A stretch of 64,000 bases of DNA from Actinomycetota bacterium (GCA_019348255.1 JAHWJU010000001.1:2900-66899); one strand, 5' to 3'. Positions 42,848 through 51,679 are shown, numbered from the stretch's first letter. Notes: generated by a model from the sequence alone, not told the origin. Made by a program: numbers and translations.

Positions 42848-44787
42848 CGTGCCATCTCCCTTTCGTCGTGTAGCTGACCGTCCGGCGGCGGGGCGCCGTT
42901 GAGCTCGTAGACCACCGCCACATCGGAGGCCGCCGCCCGCCGGTGTCGCTCGTCGAGATGGGCTCGAAAGCCCTTGTAGTGCTCGAGCCACCACAGGGAG
43001 GGCGATGGCACGACGAGCCACCCGGCGCCCTGGCGGCGGAGCTCCTCGAGCCGCTCGATCGCCTCGCCGTCGTCGCCGGGGTGATGGCCGGCCCAGGTGC
43101 CGTCGTCGAGGCGAGGGAAGTGCCAGGCCTGCAGTCCCGGGATGTCGAGGAGGGCGTCGTCGCCCCGGCTGACCACCAGCGCCACCGTCCCGGTCGGGAT
43201 GCACTCCGCGAGCGCATCGGGGAGCCTGTGGCGGAGCTCCCTGTAGGTTCGGGCCGGGCGGCGAGCGTGGGGTTCCCAGACCGTGCCCCACTTAGCCTGG
43301 AAGCGTCGCCGGTTGGCTTCAAAGAGCTCGGCGTGGCGCCCGGTTGGCACGAGGGCGCCCAGGGTGCCCTCGCCGAAGTGGTGCACGAAGACGTCGTCGG
43401 CGCACGTCACCCGGTAACCGGCGTCGCGGACACGGCGCGAGTAGTCGTCGTCCTCGAACATGCCCACCTCGAACCGCTCGTCGAGGAGACCCACCGTCCG
43501 GAGGACGTCACGCCGCATCGCCACGCAGAACATCACCGCCACGGGAAGGTCTCGGCGAGCCGCTGGTCGCCCCCGCCGCCGCCGAGCCTCTTCGACGACG
43601 TCGGCGTAGGCGGCGTGGTCGGCCGGCACCTCGGCCTCGTTGCCGCACCGGTTGGTCACCGGGCCCACCAGGCCGACCTCTTCGTCGGCGAGGTGGTCGA
43701 GAAGGCCGTCGAGCCAGCCGGGGGTCGTGATGGTGTCGTTGTTGAGCAGCACCAGGTGCTCGCCCCGGGCCAGTGCCAGTGCCTGGTTGTTGGCCGCCGC
43801 GAAACCGAGGTTGCGATCGTTGCGCCGCACCCGGACGTGTGGGTTGCGGGCCGCGAGGGCACTGAGGTACCGAGGCGTCCCGTCGGTCGAGGCGTTGTCG
43901 ACCACGACCAACTCGTAGGGCACGGCCGCCCCGTGGGCCAGCACGCTCTCGAGCGCCATGCGGGTGAGAGCCAGGTTGTCGTGCGTCACCACGACCACGC
44001 TCACCGAAGGGTCGCCGGACTTCGGTGGGGCCACCGGCAGGGAACGCCGGAGCACCCGCTCGACGGTCTCGTCCGGCAGGCGAAGGGGGCGACGAGACGC
44101 AGGTGTGATGACCAGGTCGGCCGGTAGGTCGACCGGGGCCGCCCAGCCGGGACGGACGCCGACGGGGCGCGCCGGCGAGGGCGGGACGGCACGGTGGAGG
44201 AGGCGTCCCGGCACGACGTCTTTGTCGAGGCCGGCCCGGGCCGGCTCGACGGCAGCGCCTCGGCGGGGGTCCAGGTGGCCAGCCACGTCGTCGACGGCGG
44301 CGACGGCGTCCGCGATGCCGTCGAAGGCGAGCAGGCCTTCGACGACCGGCAGGGCGCAGGCCGAGCCGGTGCCCCGGAGCCCGAACGGCCGCCCGGCCGT
44401 CGGGCACGGGGCACTGCGCTCGCTGAACCGTTCCGGCTGCAGGCGCACGTTGCGTTCGTGGGCGGCGGTCAGCGCACCTCTGGCCCGGACGATGGGACGG
44501 CGGTACGTGTCGGTGTCGACCGAGACGGCGAGGCCCGGTCGCAGCCGCCAGCCGTGGCGCTCCAGCCGCTCCTGGTCGGGTTCGTCGTCGATGCTGCGAG
44601 CGAGCGTGACCAGCCGACCGGTGGGCGAGGGCAGGTGGAGGATCTCGAGGAGCGCTGGACGGCCACTCCGGCCGTGGTCCTCGTCGAGTCGCTCGGACCC
44701 GACGGCGTACCGGCCCACCAGCCACGCCACCCCGGCCCCGGCGGTGTGGCGCAGGGCACCGAGGACGACCAGCTCCGGCCGGCTCAC
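42844..44787 (-). CDS. GT2 glycosyltransferase with an N-terminal degenerate copy of the paralog family and a C-terminal 'WHFP/WWL' module
   Basis: GTG 44787 forms a GTGA overlap with the ABC stop. The N-terminus 'LVVLGALRHTAGAGVAWLV' and 'ERHGWRL...FSERSAPCPTAGRPFGLRGTG...GLLAFDGIADAV' parallel paralogs 1-3. The GT2 part has 'VSVVVVTHDNLALTRMALESV...LVVVDNASTDGT...LLNNDT...FEDDDYS'. The module lies at 42901..43203. Confidence 0.75.
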   Translation of the reverse strand: MSRPELVVLGALRHTAGAGVAWLVGRYAVGSERLDEDHGRSGRPALLEILHLPSPTGRLVTLARSIDDEPDQERLERHGWRLRPGLAVSVDTDTYRRPIVRARGALTAAHERNVRLQPERFSERSAPCPTAGRPFGLRGTGSACALPVVEGLLAFDGIADAVAAVDDVAGHLDPRRGAAVEPARAGLDKDVVPGRLLHRAVPPSPARPVGVRPGWAAPVDLPADLVITPASRRPLRLPDETVERVLRRSLPVAPPKSGDPSVSVVVVTHDNLALTRMALESVLAHGAAVPYELVVVDNASTDGTPRYLSALAARNPHVRVRRNDRNLGFAAANNQALALARGEHLVLLNNDTITTPGWLDGLLDHLADEEVGLVGPVTNRCGNEAEVPADHAAYADVVEEARRRRGRPAARRDLPVAVMFCVAMRRDVLRTVGLLDERFEVGMFEDDDYSRRVRDAGYRVTCADDVFVHHFGEGTLGALVPTGRHAELFEANRRRFQAKWGTVWEPHARRPARTYRELRHRLPDALAECIPTGTVALVVSRGDDALLDIPGLQAWHFPRLDDGTWAGHHPGDDGEAIERLEELRRQGAGWLVVPSPSLWWLEHYKGFRAHLDERHRRAAASDVAVVYELNGAPPPDGQLHDEREMAR

Positions 44788-46985
44788 CTGGGAGCCCTCG
44801 GCGTCTGCTCGTGGACCGGTCTTCCGCGCGGCAGGCCGTGGCCGTTCTTGGTCGCCGACTCCGCCTGGCCGATCAGGTGGGCGAGCACCGCCAAGACGTC
44901 GTCGGCCGACTGGCACGGGCCGCCTCCATCGCCCGGATGGGCTGGCTGCCCCCGCTCTGCGTGCTTGCCGTTGGAGATGTCGGGATTGCCATCCGCTCCG
45001 GACCCGGACCGGTTCCCGCAGGCCCGGTCACGCCCGCGGGGGAGCGGGGCGACGACCTCCTCGCTCGGGACGGGTGAGGGGGGTGGCTGGGCCTCGCCGG
45101 CGGGGAGCTCCCCTTGGCCGCTCTGTGCCGCCCACAGCTCGTGGTAGAGGCCTTCGGTGGCGACGAGCTCGTCGTGGGTGCCCCGCTGCACGAGCTCGCC
45201 GTGGTGGAGCACCAGGATCTGATCGGCACGCCGGACGGTGGACAGTCGGTGGGCGATCATCAGCGTGGTCCGGCCCTCCATGAGGCGCTCCAGTGCTTGG
45301 AGCACCACCCCCTCGGTGCGAGAGTCGATGGAGGACGTGGGCTCGTCGAGGATGAGAACCGGTGCGTCCCGGAGGAAGGCCCGGGCGACAGAGATGCGTT
45401 GGCGCTCGCCGCCGGAGATCTTCGCTCCCCGCTCACCGAGCTGGGTCTGGTACCGCCGCGGCAGTGCCCTGATGAAGTCATGGGCGTTCGCCGCCTTGGC
45501 TGCCCGGCGCACCTCCTCATTAGTGGCATCGGGCCTCCCGTAGCGGATGTTGTCGGCAATGCTCCCGGAGAACAGCAGCGGCTCCTGCAGCACCACGCTG
45601 AACTGCGCTCGCAGCGACTCCAGCGTGACGTCGCGCACGTCGATCCCGTCGAGGAGGATGCGACCTGCCTCGACGTCGTAGAAGCGGGGGAGCAGGCTGG
45701 CCAGTGTCGACTTGCCCGCCCCGGTCGGTCCCACGACGGCGACGACGCTGCCGGCCGGCACGCGGAACGTGAGGTCCTTCAGCGTCTCGGGACGTTGGGC
45801 GTAGCTGAACCGAACGTCCTCGAAGGCGATCTCGCCATTCGCCCGCTCGATGGCGACGGCGTCTTCCTTCTCCGTGACCCCGGGGGCCTCGTCGAGGAGC
45901 GAGAGGGCGTGCTCGAACATGATGAACTGCTGCTGCGCACCGGTCACGAAGTTCGTCATCTGCTCGAGCGGCTGGTACACCGACGCGATGTAGGACATCA
46001 CGACGAGGAGCTGACCCGGGCTCAGGCGACCCTGCAGTACTCCACGGGCCCCGACACCCAGGACGGCGGCGGTTCCGCAGGCGGTGATGAAGCTCACGGC
46101 CAACCGGAACAGTGTCTGGCGCACGGTGAGGCTCACCCGCGCACCGATGGCCCTCTCCCCCTGGCTGCGGAAGCGCTCGAATTCGTGCCGCTCCCGACCG
46201 AAGGCGACGACGACGCGCAGCATCGCCATCGCCTCGTGGACGATGGACAGGTTGGCGCCTTCCAGGCCGCGGACCCTGCGCAGCTGTGGCTCCACGCGGT
46301 TGGCGTAGTAGATCGTCGAGTAGTACATGAAGGGCAGCACCAGGAGGGCCAACGCCGCGAGGTGGGGGTCGATGCGTAACACGACCCATGCCATGCCGAG
46401 CACGGTCAGCAGGCTCTGGACGAGCGTCGGGATCGACACCACCAGCTGACCCAGCGCGCCCGCCTGGTTGTTCAGCCGGTACATGAGGTCTCCGGTGCGC
46501 TGGTCGTCGTGAAACGTGAGCGAGAGCCGCTGCACGTGCTGGAAGAGGTCACTGCGGAAGTCGAGGCCCATCTTCTGGTCGACGGTGGTGGTGAGGTACT
46601 GGTTCACCACCGTGAGCCCGCCGGTCACCAGGGTGATGAGCAGCGCCGCCCCCACCGCCAGGAGGATGAGGGGCCCGGCCTCTTCACCGATCAACCCCGA
46701 CACCCAGGAAGGAGCCGGTCGGTCGCCGAGGACAGTGTCGATGACGAAGGCGAGCGGCCACGGTTCGGCGAGGGCTGCCGCCGCGAGGAGGCCGGTGACC
46801 GCGATCGAGCTGACCGAGTGCCGCTTGTAGGGGCGGAGGTACGGCAGGGCCCGGGGCAGCAGGGCGAAGCCCCGTCTGAGGGCGTTGGCGCGAGGTCCAC
46901 GCGTCTCGCCCCGAACGTCCCCGTCCGCCTCGTCGTGGAGGTGGCCCTCCTCCGATGGCTGGTCCTCTGCCGCCGTGTCGGTCAC
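44784..46985 (-). CDS. ABC exporter, fused TMD-NBD half-transporter (MsbA/PglK/NdvA-like), with a ~100-aa C-terminal tail
   Basis: GTG 46985 forms a GTGA overlap with the upstream stop. The TMD has six hydrophobic segments. NBD motifs are Walker A 'GPTGAGKST', signature 'ISGGERQRISVAR', Walker B 'VLILDEPTS' and H-loop 'MIAHRL'. The tail after 'LYHELWAAQSG' is unusual. The 5' extension of track ORF 44784..47975 is antisense-shadow-like and is not counted. Confidence 0.85.
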   Translation of the reverse strand: MTDTAAEDQPSEEGHLHDEADGDVRGETRGPRANALRRGFALLPRALPYLRPYKRHSVSSIAVTGLLAAAALAEPWPLAFVIDTVLGDRPAPSWVSGLIGEEAGPLILLAVGAALLITLVTGGLTVVNQYLTTTVDQKMGLDFRSDLFQHVQRLSLTFHDDQRTGDLMYRLNNQAGALGQLVVSIPTLVQSLLTVLGMAWVVLRIDPHLAALALLVLPFMYYSTIYYANRVEPQLRRVRGLEGANLSIVHEAMAMLRVVVAFGRERHEFERFRSQGERAIGARVSLTVRQTLFRLAVSFITACGTAAVLGVGARGVLQGRLSPGQLLVVMSYIASVYQPLEQMTNFVTGAQQQFIMFEHALSLLDEAPGVTEKEDAVAIERANGEIAFEDVRFSYAQRPETLKDLTFRVPAGSVVAVVGPTGAGKSTLASLLPRFYDVEAGRILLDGIDVRDVTLESLRAQFSVVLQEPLLFSGSIADNIRYGRPDATNEEVRRAAKAANAHDFIRALPRRYQTQLGERGAKISGGERQRISVARAFLRDAPVLILDEPTSSIDSRTEGVVLQALERLMEGRTTLMIAHRLSTVRRADQILVLHHGELVQRGTHDELVATEGLYHELWAAQSGQGELPAGEAQPPPSPVPSEEVVAPLPRGRDRACGNRSGSGADGNPDISNGKHAERGQPAHPGDGGGPCQSADDVLAVLAHLIGQAESATKNGHGLPRGRPVHEQTPRAPR

Positions 46986-49645
46986 GCCTTCACCGGCGGT
47001 CGCTGGACCGCTCGCTCGAGGATCCGACGAGGCCGCCAGGCGCTCCGACACAGCGCGGCGGCGACGGCCACGGTGACGACCGCGGCCGCCAGGGCGTTCA
47101 CGGCGAACACCGAGGCGGTGGTCAACGCCGTGAGCGCCAGGCGGGCCCACCGGGGTCGGGTCCGGACGCGGACCTGCACGAAGCCCACGGGATGGCTGCT
47201 GGTCTGCAGGTCGGCGAAGAGGAAGGTCGACACGAGCCGGGCGTCGTGGTCCTCCCAGCCGATCGCCGGGAGGAGTCGCAACCCCTTCCGCCGGAGCTCC
47301 TCGACCAGCGTGGACGCAAGGGCTTCCCGAGACCCATCCTCCTTCAGCACGTGTACGCCGCCGGCGGCGGTCCTCACCGCCCGGGGGAGCGGGGCGACCG
47401 TAGGCAACCCGCGGTGGGCCGCACCGGCCCCGCGCCACCGACCCCAGGTCCGAACGCACGGCTGCAGAAGGTGGTGGGCTGCCACCGACGACCTGAACCG
47501 CGCCCGGGCGAGTTCCGACCCCCGGGGCGGGTGGGCCCGCACCATGTCGATGGCGACGATGCTCAGCAGGTACAGAGCAGCCAGCAGTGCGGGCAGAGCG
47601 AGCTGGACGGCGACGGCGGCGAGCGGTGCGGTGGCGAGCAGAGCCGTGGCGGCGGGCACGCCGGCCTGGTGGGCGACGTCGAGCGCGTAGCCACCTTGCT
47701 GGTACACGGACTGGTACGCGGCGGTGCCGAACTGTCCCCGGTAGACGCGTTGGCCCCAGCGGGCCTGCGGCAACGAGGTGTAGATGCGACCCCGCCACCG
47801 GGCGGTGCCGAGTGGCCCGAAGCGATCCGGGTGGCGGGCCTCCACGAGCGCCTCGGCCCTGCCGTAGCCCCGCTGCTGGCGCAGGTAGGGACGCAGCCCG
47901 GAACGGCGGTGGTGCCACACGAGAGCTGCGGGGTGGAAGCCGATCTCCCATCCCCGGTCGAGCACCTTCCAGCACAGGTCGACGTCGTCACCTGCCGACG
48001 TGTAGACGGGATCGAAGCCGCCCACCTCGATCAGCACCTTCTTCCAGAAGGCCATGTTGCAGCCGGGTACGTGCTCGGCCCGGTCGTCGGCCGTCAGGAC
48101 ATGGACGGGCCCGCCGGGAGCCTGGGCCACGACGTGGGCGCCGATGGGGTCCTCGGGGGGCGGGACGTTGGGCCCGCCCACGCTTCCGATGGAGCTCCCG
48201 TCGAGGGCGAGCGCCAGATAGTACGGCCACTCGGGGCTGGGGTACGCGTCACTGTCGAGGTAGGCGATCAGCTCGCCGGTCGCCTGGCGGAACCCCTCGT
48301 TGCGAGCCACCGAGAGCCCGGCGTGCGGCAGCTCGACCAGTCGGGCCCGCGGATGGCGTCGGACGATGGCGGCGGTGTCGTCGGTCGAGCCGTCGTCGAC
48401 CACGAGGATCTCGAGGTGGGGGTAGTGGAGGTCGCAGGTGTGTCGCAGGCACTCGTCGAGGGTGGTTGCTGCGTTGTACGCACAGATCACCACCGAGATC
48501 GACGGCCACGGCCAGTCCAGGTCACGGACGGTGCAGCGGTTCCATCGGGCGGCCACGTCGAGTGCCGGCTTCGGCGACCGGTCAGCCCGGACCAGACCGA
48601 AGTTCCAGCCGTCGACCTCCGAGCCGCCGACCCACCACTCGTCGGTCCACGAGAACACGCACGTCCCGGCCACGCCCCGGTCGAGCGCCGTCTGCAGCTG
48701 CCAGTCCAGCACCGCTGCCTGGTGCACCTCACCCTCGGGCGAGCGACCGGCGTCAAGCCCGACCTCGCCCAGCACCAGCGGCCGGTCACCAGCCAGGTGC
48801 TGCAGCCGGGTGAGGTAGCGCCGGAATTCGGCTCGCTGCTCGAGGAACACGTTGAAGGTCAGAAAGTCGAGGCACTCGAGTGGTAGATACTCCGCGGTCG
48901 GATAGTTGGCGTAGGTGACGAGGTGGTCGCCGTCCTCCTCCTTCACGGTCTCCACGAGATCGGCGATGGCGGCCGAGATGGTCCGCGTGCCGTACCACCG
49001 GACCACGTCGGCGGGGACCTCGTTGCCCAGGTTGATCGCCAGCACGCGCTCGTCGCCGGCGAGCCGGCGAGCCGCGGCGCGGACCTCGGCCCGACCCTGA
49101 CGCGCCGTGCGCGCCGCCTCCCTCCGGGAGGCGCCGAGCAGGTAGCGCCAGTCCTCCCAATGGACGGCGGCGAGGACGTGCAGGCCCCAGTCGGCGGCCA
49201 GGTCCAGCAGGTCGTCGGGCGGCTCGGTGTAGGTGCGGACCACGGTGAACCCCACCTCCCCCATGGCGGCGAAGTCCCGCTTCATCTGTTGGCGCTCGGG
49301 GAAGCGTGCGCCGTCGGAGGCACGAGGCGCGAAGGTTCCGTAGGTGACGCCGCGGAACTCGAACCGGCGCCCGTTCTCCTTGAAGAACTTCCCGTCGACC
49401 TCGATCCTGCCCAAGGGTCCGTCTCCAGAGATCCCGCCCTGCACGCCCACGAAGGCGTCCCCGCTGGGGGCCCGGGGCAGCGACACCCCAACCACCGAAC
49501 CGGCCCAGCCCGGTACGGATCCGCCGGAGCTGAGGATTTTCCACGGCGTCACCTGTTCCGCTGCCGGTCGCCGGGCTTGCAGGCCGGAGAGGACCCCGTT
49601 CAGGCCGGGAAGCGGAAGGCCCAAGGGGTGCCGAGCCGGTCTCAA
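46982..49645 (-). CDS. Bifunctional membrane protein: N-terminal clan GH-A TIM-barrel (GH17/GH5-like) + GT2 synthase-like domain + C-terminal TM region
   Basis: The GH part has 'FEFRGVTYGTF', 'VLAINLGNEVPADV' (acid/base-like NE) and 'PLVLGEVGLDAG'. The GT2 part has 'ISVVICAYNAATTLDECL...ILVVDDGSTDDT...YLDSDAYP...GCNMAFWKKV...GDDVDLCWK...RQQRGYG'. Hydrophobic helices follow. The start is uncertain: TTG 49645 (TTGA overlap with the upstream stop) or GTG 49552. Confidence 0.75.
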   Translation of the reverse strand: MRPARHPLGLPLPGLNGVLSGLQARRPAAEQVTPWKILSSGGSVPGWAGSVVGVSLPRAPSGDAFVGVQGGISGDGPLGRIEVDGKFFKENGRRFEFRGVTYGTFAPRASDGARFPERQQMKRDFAAMGEVGFTVVRTYTEPPDDLLDLAADWGLHVLAAVHWEDWRYLLGASRREAARTARQGRAEVRAAARRLAGDERVLAINLGNEVPADVVRWYGTRTISAAIADLVETVKEEDGDHLVTYANYPTAEYLPLECLDFLTFNVFLEQRAEFRRYLTRLQHLAGDRPLVLGEVGLDAGRSPEGEVHQAAVLDWQLQTALDRGVAGTCVFSWTDEWWVGGSEVDGWNFGLVRADRSPKPALDVAARWNRCTVRDLDWPWPSISVVICAYNAATTLDECLRHTCDLHYPHLEILVVDDGSTDDTAAIVRRHPRARLVELPHAGLSVARNEGFRQATGELIAYLDSDAYPSPEWPYYLALALDGSSIGSVGGPNVPPPEDPIGAHVVAQAPGGPVHVLTADDRAEHVPGCNMAFWKKVLIEVGGFDPVYTSAGDDVDLCWKVLDRGWEIGFHPAALVWHHRRSGLRPYLRQQRGYGRAEALVEARHPDRFGPLGTARWRGRIYTSLPQARWGQRVYRGQFGTAAYQSVYQQGGYALDVAHQAGVPAATALLATAPLAAVAVQLALPALLAALYLLSIVAIDMVRAHPPRGSELARARFRSSVAAHHLLQPCVRTWGRWRGAGAAHRGLPTVAPLPRAVRTAAGGVHVLKEDGSREALASTLVEELRRKGLRLLPAIGWEDHDARLVSTFLFADLQTSSHPVGFVQVRVRTRPRWARLALTALTTASVFAVNALAAAVVTVAVAAALCRSAWRPRRILERAVQRPPVKA

Positions 49646-50247
49646 CCTGGACCGCGACTGGGGATGGCTCTGGCGGTTCTCGCCATGGTCCGGACGTCTC
49701 CCCACGCCGTCCGGTCCGCCAGCCAGGCGATGTCCATGCGAAGCTTGTCGGGCAGCACCTCCTCCCTGTAACAGCGCTCGAGGTCGGCTGCCGCGGCAAG
49801 GATCTGCTCCTCGTGCCGGTACCGGATGGACGCCGGGCTGGTCAGGCCGGGCCGGACCTCGAGCACCCTGCGCTCCCTGCGGTCGTAGCCGGCCACGTAC
49901 TTCGGGTCCTCCGGACGAGGGCCGACCAGCGCCATCTCGCCACGGTTGACGTTGAGCAGTTGGGGAACCTCGTCCAGCTTGGTCTTCCGCAGGAACCGGC
50001 CGATCGAGGTGACGCGATCATCGCCGGAGACGGTCACGGCGGGGCCGCTGGTGCCGGTCCGCATGGTCCGGAACTTCAGGAGTTGGAACTCCTGCCCGTG
50101 CCGCCCCACGCGGACGCTCCGGTGCAGGACCGGGCCGGGCGACGACGCCCGTACGGCCACGGCGACCAGGACCCAGAGCGGTGCGCCCAGGACCAGGACG
50201 GCACGGGCCACGGTGATGTCGACCCACCGGGGAAGACCCGGCTTCAC
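49642..50247 (-). CDS. Small monotopic phosphoglycosyl transferase (PglC/WbaP-C-terminal type bacterial sugar transferase)
   Basis: GTG 50247 forms a GTGA overlap with the upstream stop. 'PVLHRSVRVGRHGQEFQLLKFRTM...LDEVPQLLNVNRGEMALVGPRPE' follows a single N-terminal hydrophobic helix. Confidence 0.85.
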   Translation of the reverse strand: MKPGLPRWVDITVARAVLVLGAPLWVLVAVAVRASSPGPVLHRSVRVGRHGQEFQLLKFRTMRTGTSGPAVTVSGDDRVTSIGRFLRKTKLDEVPQLLNVNRGEMALVGPRPEDPKYVAGYDRRERRVLEVRPGLTSPASIRYRHEEQILAAAADLERCYREEVLPDKLRMDIAWLADRTAWGDVRTMARTARAIPSRGPG

Positions 50248-51443
50248 GGTGCGTGACGCAGCACCGCCAAGGCGAGCGCGTCGCACACCCGATCCACCTG
50301 GTCATCGGTGAGGTCGGGGTACAACGGCAGGCTCAGCGCTCGCTGTGCCAGGCGATCGGCCGTACCGACACCGGTCGGGCCCAACACGAAGTGCTTGTCC
50401 ATGCCCCGGAAGAGGTGCAGCGGCTGGAAATGGACGCTCGTCGAGATGCCAGCCCTGTGGAGCTCGGCGACGACGCGGGGGCGTGAGGTGCCGGGAGGCA
50501 GGAGCACGACCATCAAGTGGTCCGCCGAACCCGGGTCGGCGTGCGGCGGAACCACGCTGATACCCCGAACCTGCGCCAGGTTGTGGCGATAGCGGCCCAC
50601 CAACCTGCGGCGCCGTGCCTGCAGCTGGGAGAAGCGACGGAGCTGGCTGCGTGCCAGCGCGGCCAGGATGTCGGGGAAGTTGGCCTTGATGCCGGCGCTG
50701 TTCACGTCGTAGAGGAAGCCGTCGCCGGGCAGGTAGCGCTTCCATGCGTCACGCGACATCCCGTGGAGGCGGAAGGTCCGGGCGAAGTCGGCGAGGTCAC
50801 CGTTCTCGGTGGTGATGGCACCGCCTTCGCCACTGGTCAGGTTCTTGGTGGCGTAGAAGCTGAAGCAGGCCGCGACCGACCGACGTCCGTTGACCAGGCC
50901 GTTGCCATCCGAGGCCCCCAGGGCATGAGCAGCGTCCTCGACGAGCGGGACGGCGCGGTCCGCGCACAAGAGGTGGACGTCCTCCCGGACCGCCGAGCCA
51001 CCGAAGTGGACGCCCACCACCGCATCGAGGCCCTGGTCGAGCGCCGCGTCCAGCGACACGGGGCTGAGGTTGAGCGTGTGTTCCTCGATGTCGATGAGCA
51101 CGGGTTGGTAGCCGGCGTGGACGGCCGACAGCGCAGTCGACACGAACGTCCAATCGGGTACGCCCACGCGCGATCCGGCAGGCAGGCCCAGGTAGTGGAG
51201 GCAGATCTCCAGCGCGTGCGTGCACGAGGCGACGGCGACCGCGTGCTGCACCCCGAGGTAGTCGGCCAGCTCCCGCTCGAACTCCAGGGATTGGCCCCCC
51301 GTGGTCAGCCAGCGGGAGCGAAGAGTGGCGGTAACCGCTTCGATGTCGTCTTCTTCGATCGAGGGGAGGGAGAAGGGGACGTCCCCCGCATGGGTTCGAA
51401 CGCCCGTCGACCTGCCGGAGGGCGACACCGTCGTATCGGTCAT
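50244..51443 (-). CDS. DegT/DnrJ/EryC1/StrS-family PLP-dependent sugar aminotransferase
   Basis: 'SLPSIEEDDIEAVTATLRSRWLTTGGQSLEFERELADYLG' and 'CFSFYATKNLTSGEGGAITT' (PLP-Lys region) are present. It is the first gene of the long minus-strand operon. Confidence 0.85.
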   Translation of the reverse strand: MTDTTVSPSGRSTGVRTHAGDVPFSLPSIEEDDIEAVTATLRSRWLTTGGQSLEFERELADYLGVQHAVAVASCTHALEICLHYLGLPAGSRVGVPDWTFVSTALSAVHAGYQPVLIDIEEHTLNLSPVSLDAALDQGLDAVVGVHFGGSAVREDVHLLCADRAVPLVEDAAHALGASDGNGLVNGRRSVAACFSFYATKNLTSGEGGAITTENGDLADFARTFRLHGMSRDAWKRYLPGDGFLYDVNSAGIKANFPDILAALARSQLRRFSQLQARRRRLVGRYRHNLAQVRGISVVPPHADPGSADHLMVVLLPPGTSRPRVVAELHRAGISTSVHFQPLHLFRGMDKHFVLGPTGVGTADRLAQRALSLPLYPDLTDDQVDRVCDALALAVLRHAP

Positions 51444-51637
51444 CGGGCATCACCGGTCGCGCCGCCGCCATCCCGCTGCCCGGGCGCACCACGTGCTTCC
51501 CCACCCGGCAGTGCCTCCGCCGCCGACCAGGTCGACCGCTCCGAGGGAGTCACTGGCCGGGTCCGGTGCGAGCCCTCCGGTCGGCTCCACTCTTCCATTC
51601 GTCACCTCGTGATCAATCGCAGCTCTGCCGTGGCCAA

Positions 51638-51679
51638 CCGGTGCACCCGCCTCCGGGGGCGTGGAGGCGGGTGCACCGG
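51638..51679. other. Perfect 17-bp inverted repeat (hairpin) in the 530-bp spacer upstream of the long operon
   Basis: 'CCGGTGCACCCGCCTCC' (51638..51654), an 8-nt loop 'GGGGGCGT', then 'GGAGGCGGGTGCACCGG' (51663..51679). No U-tract is present on either strand. Confidence 0.6.
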
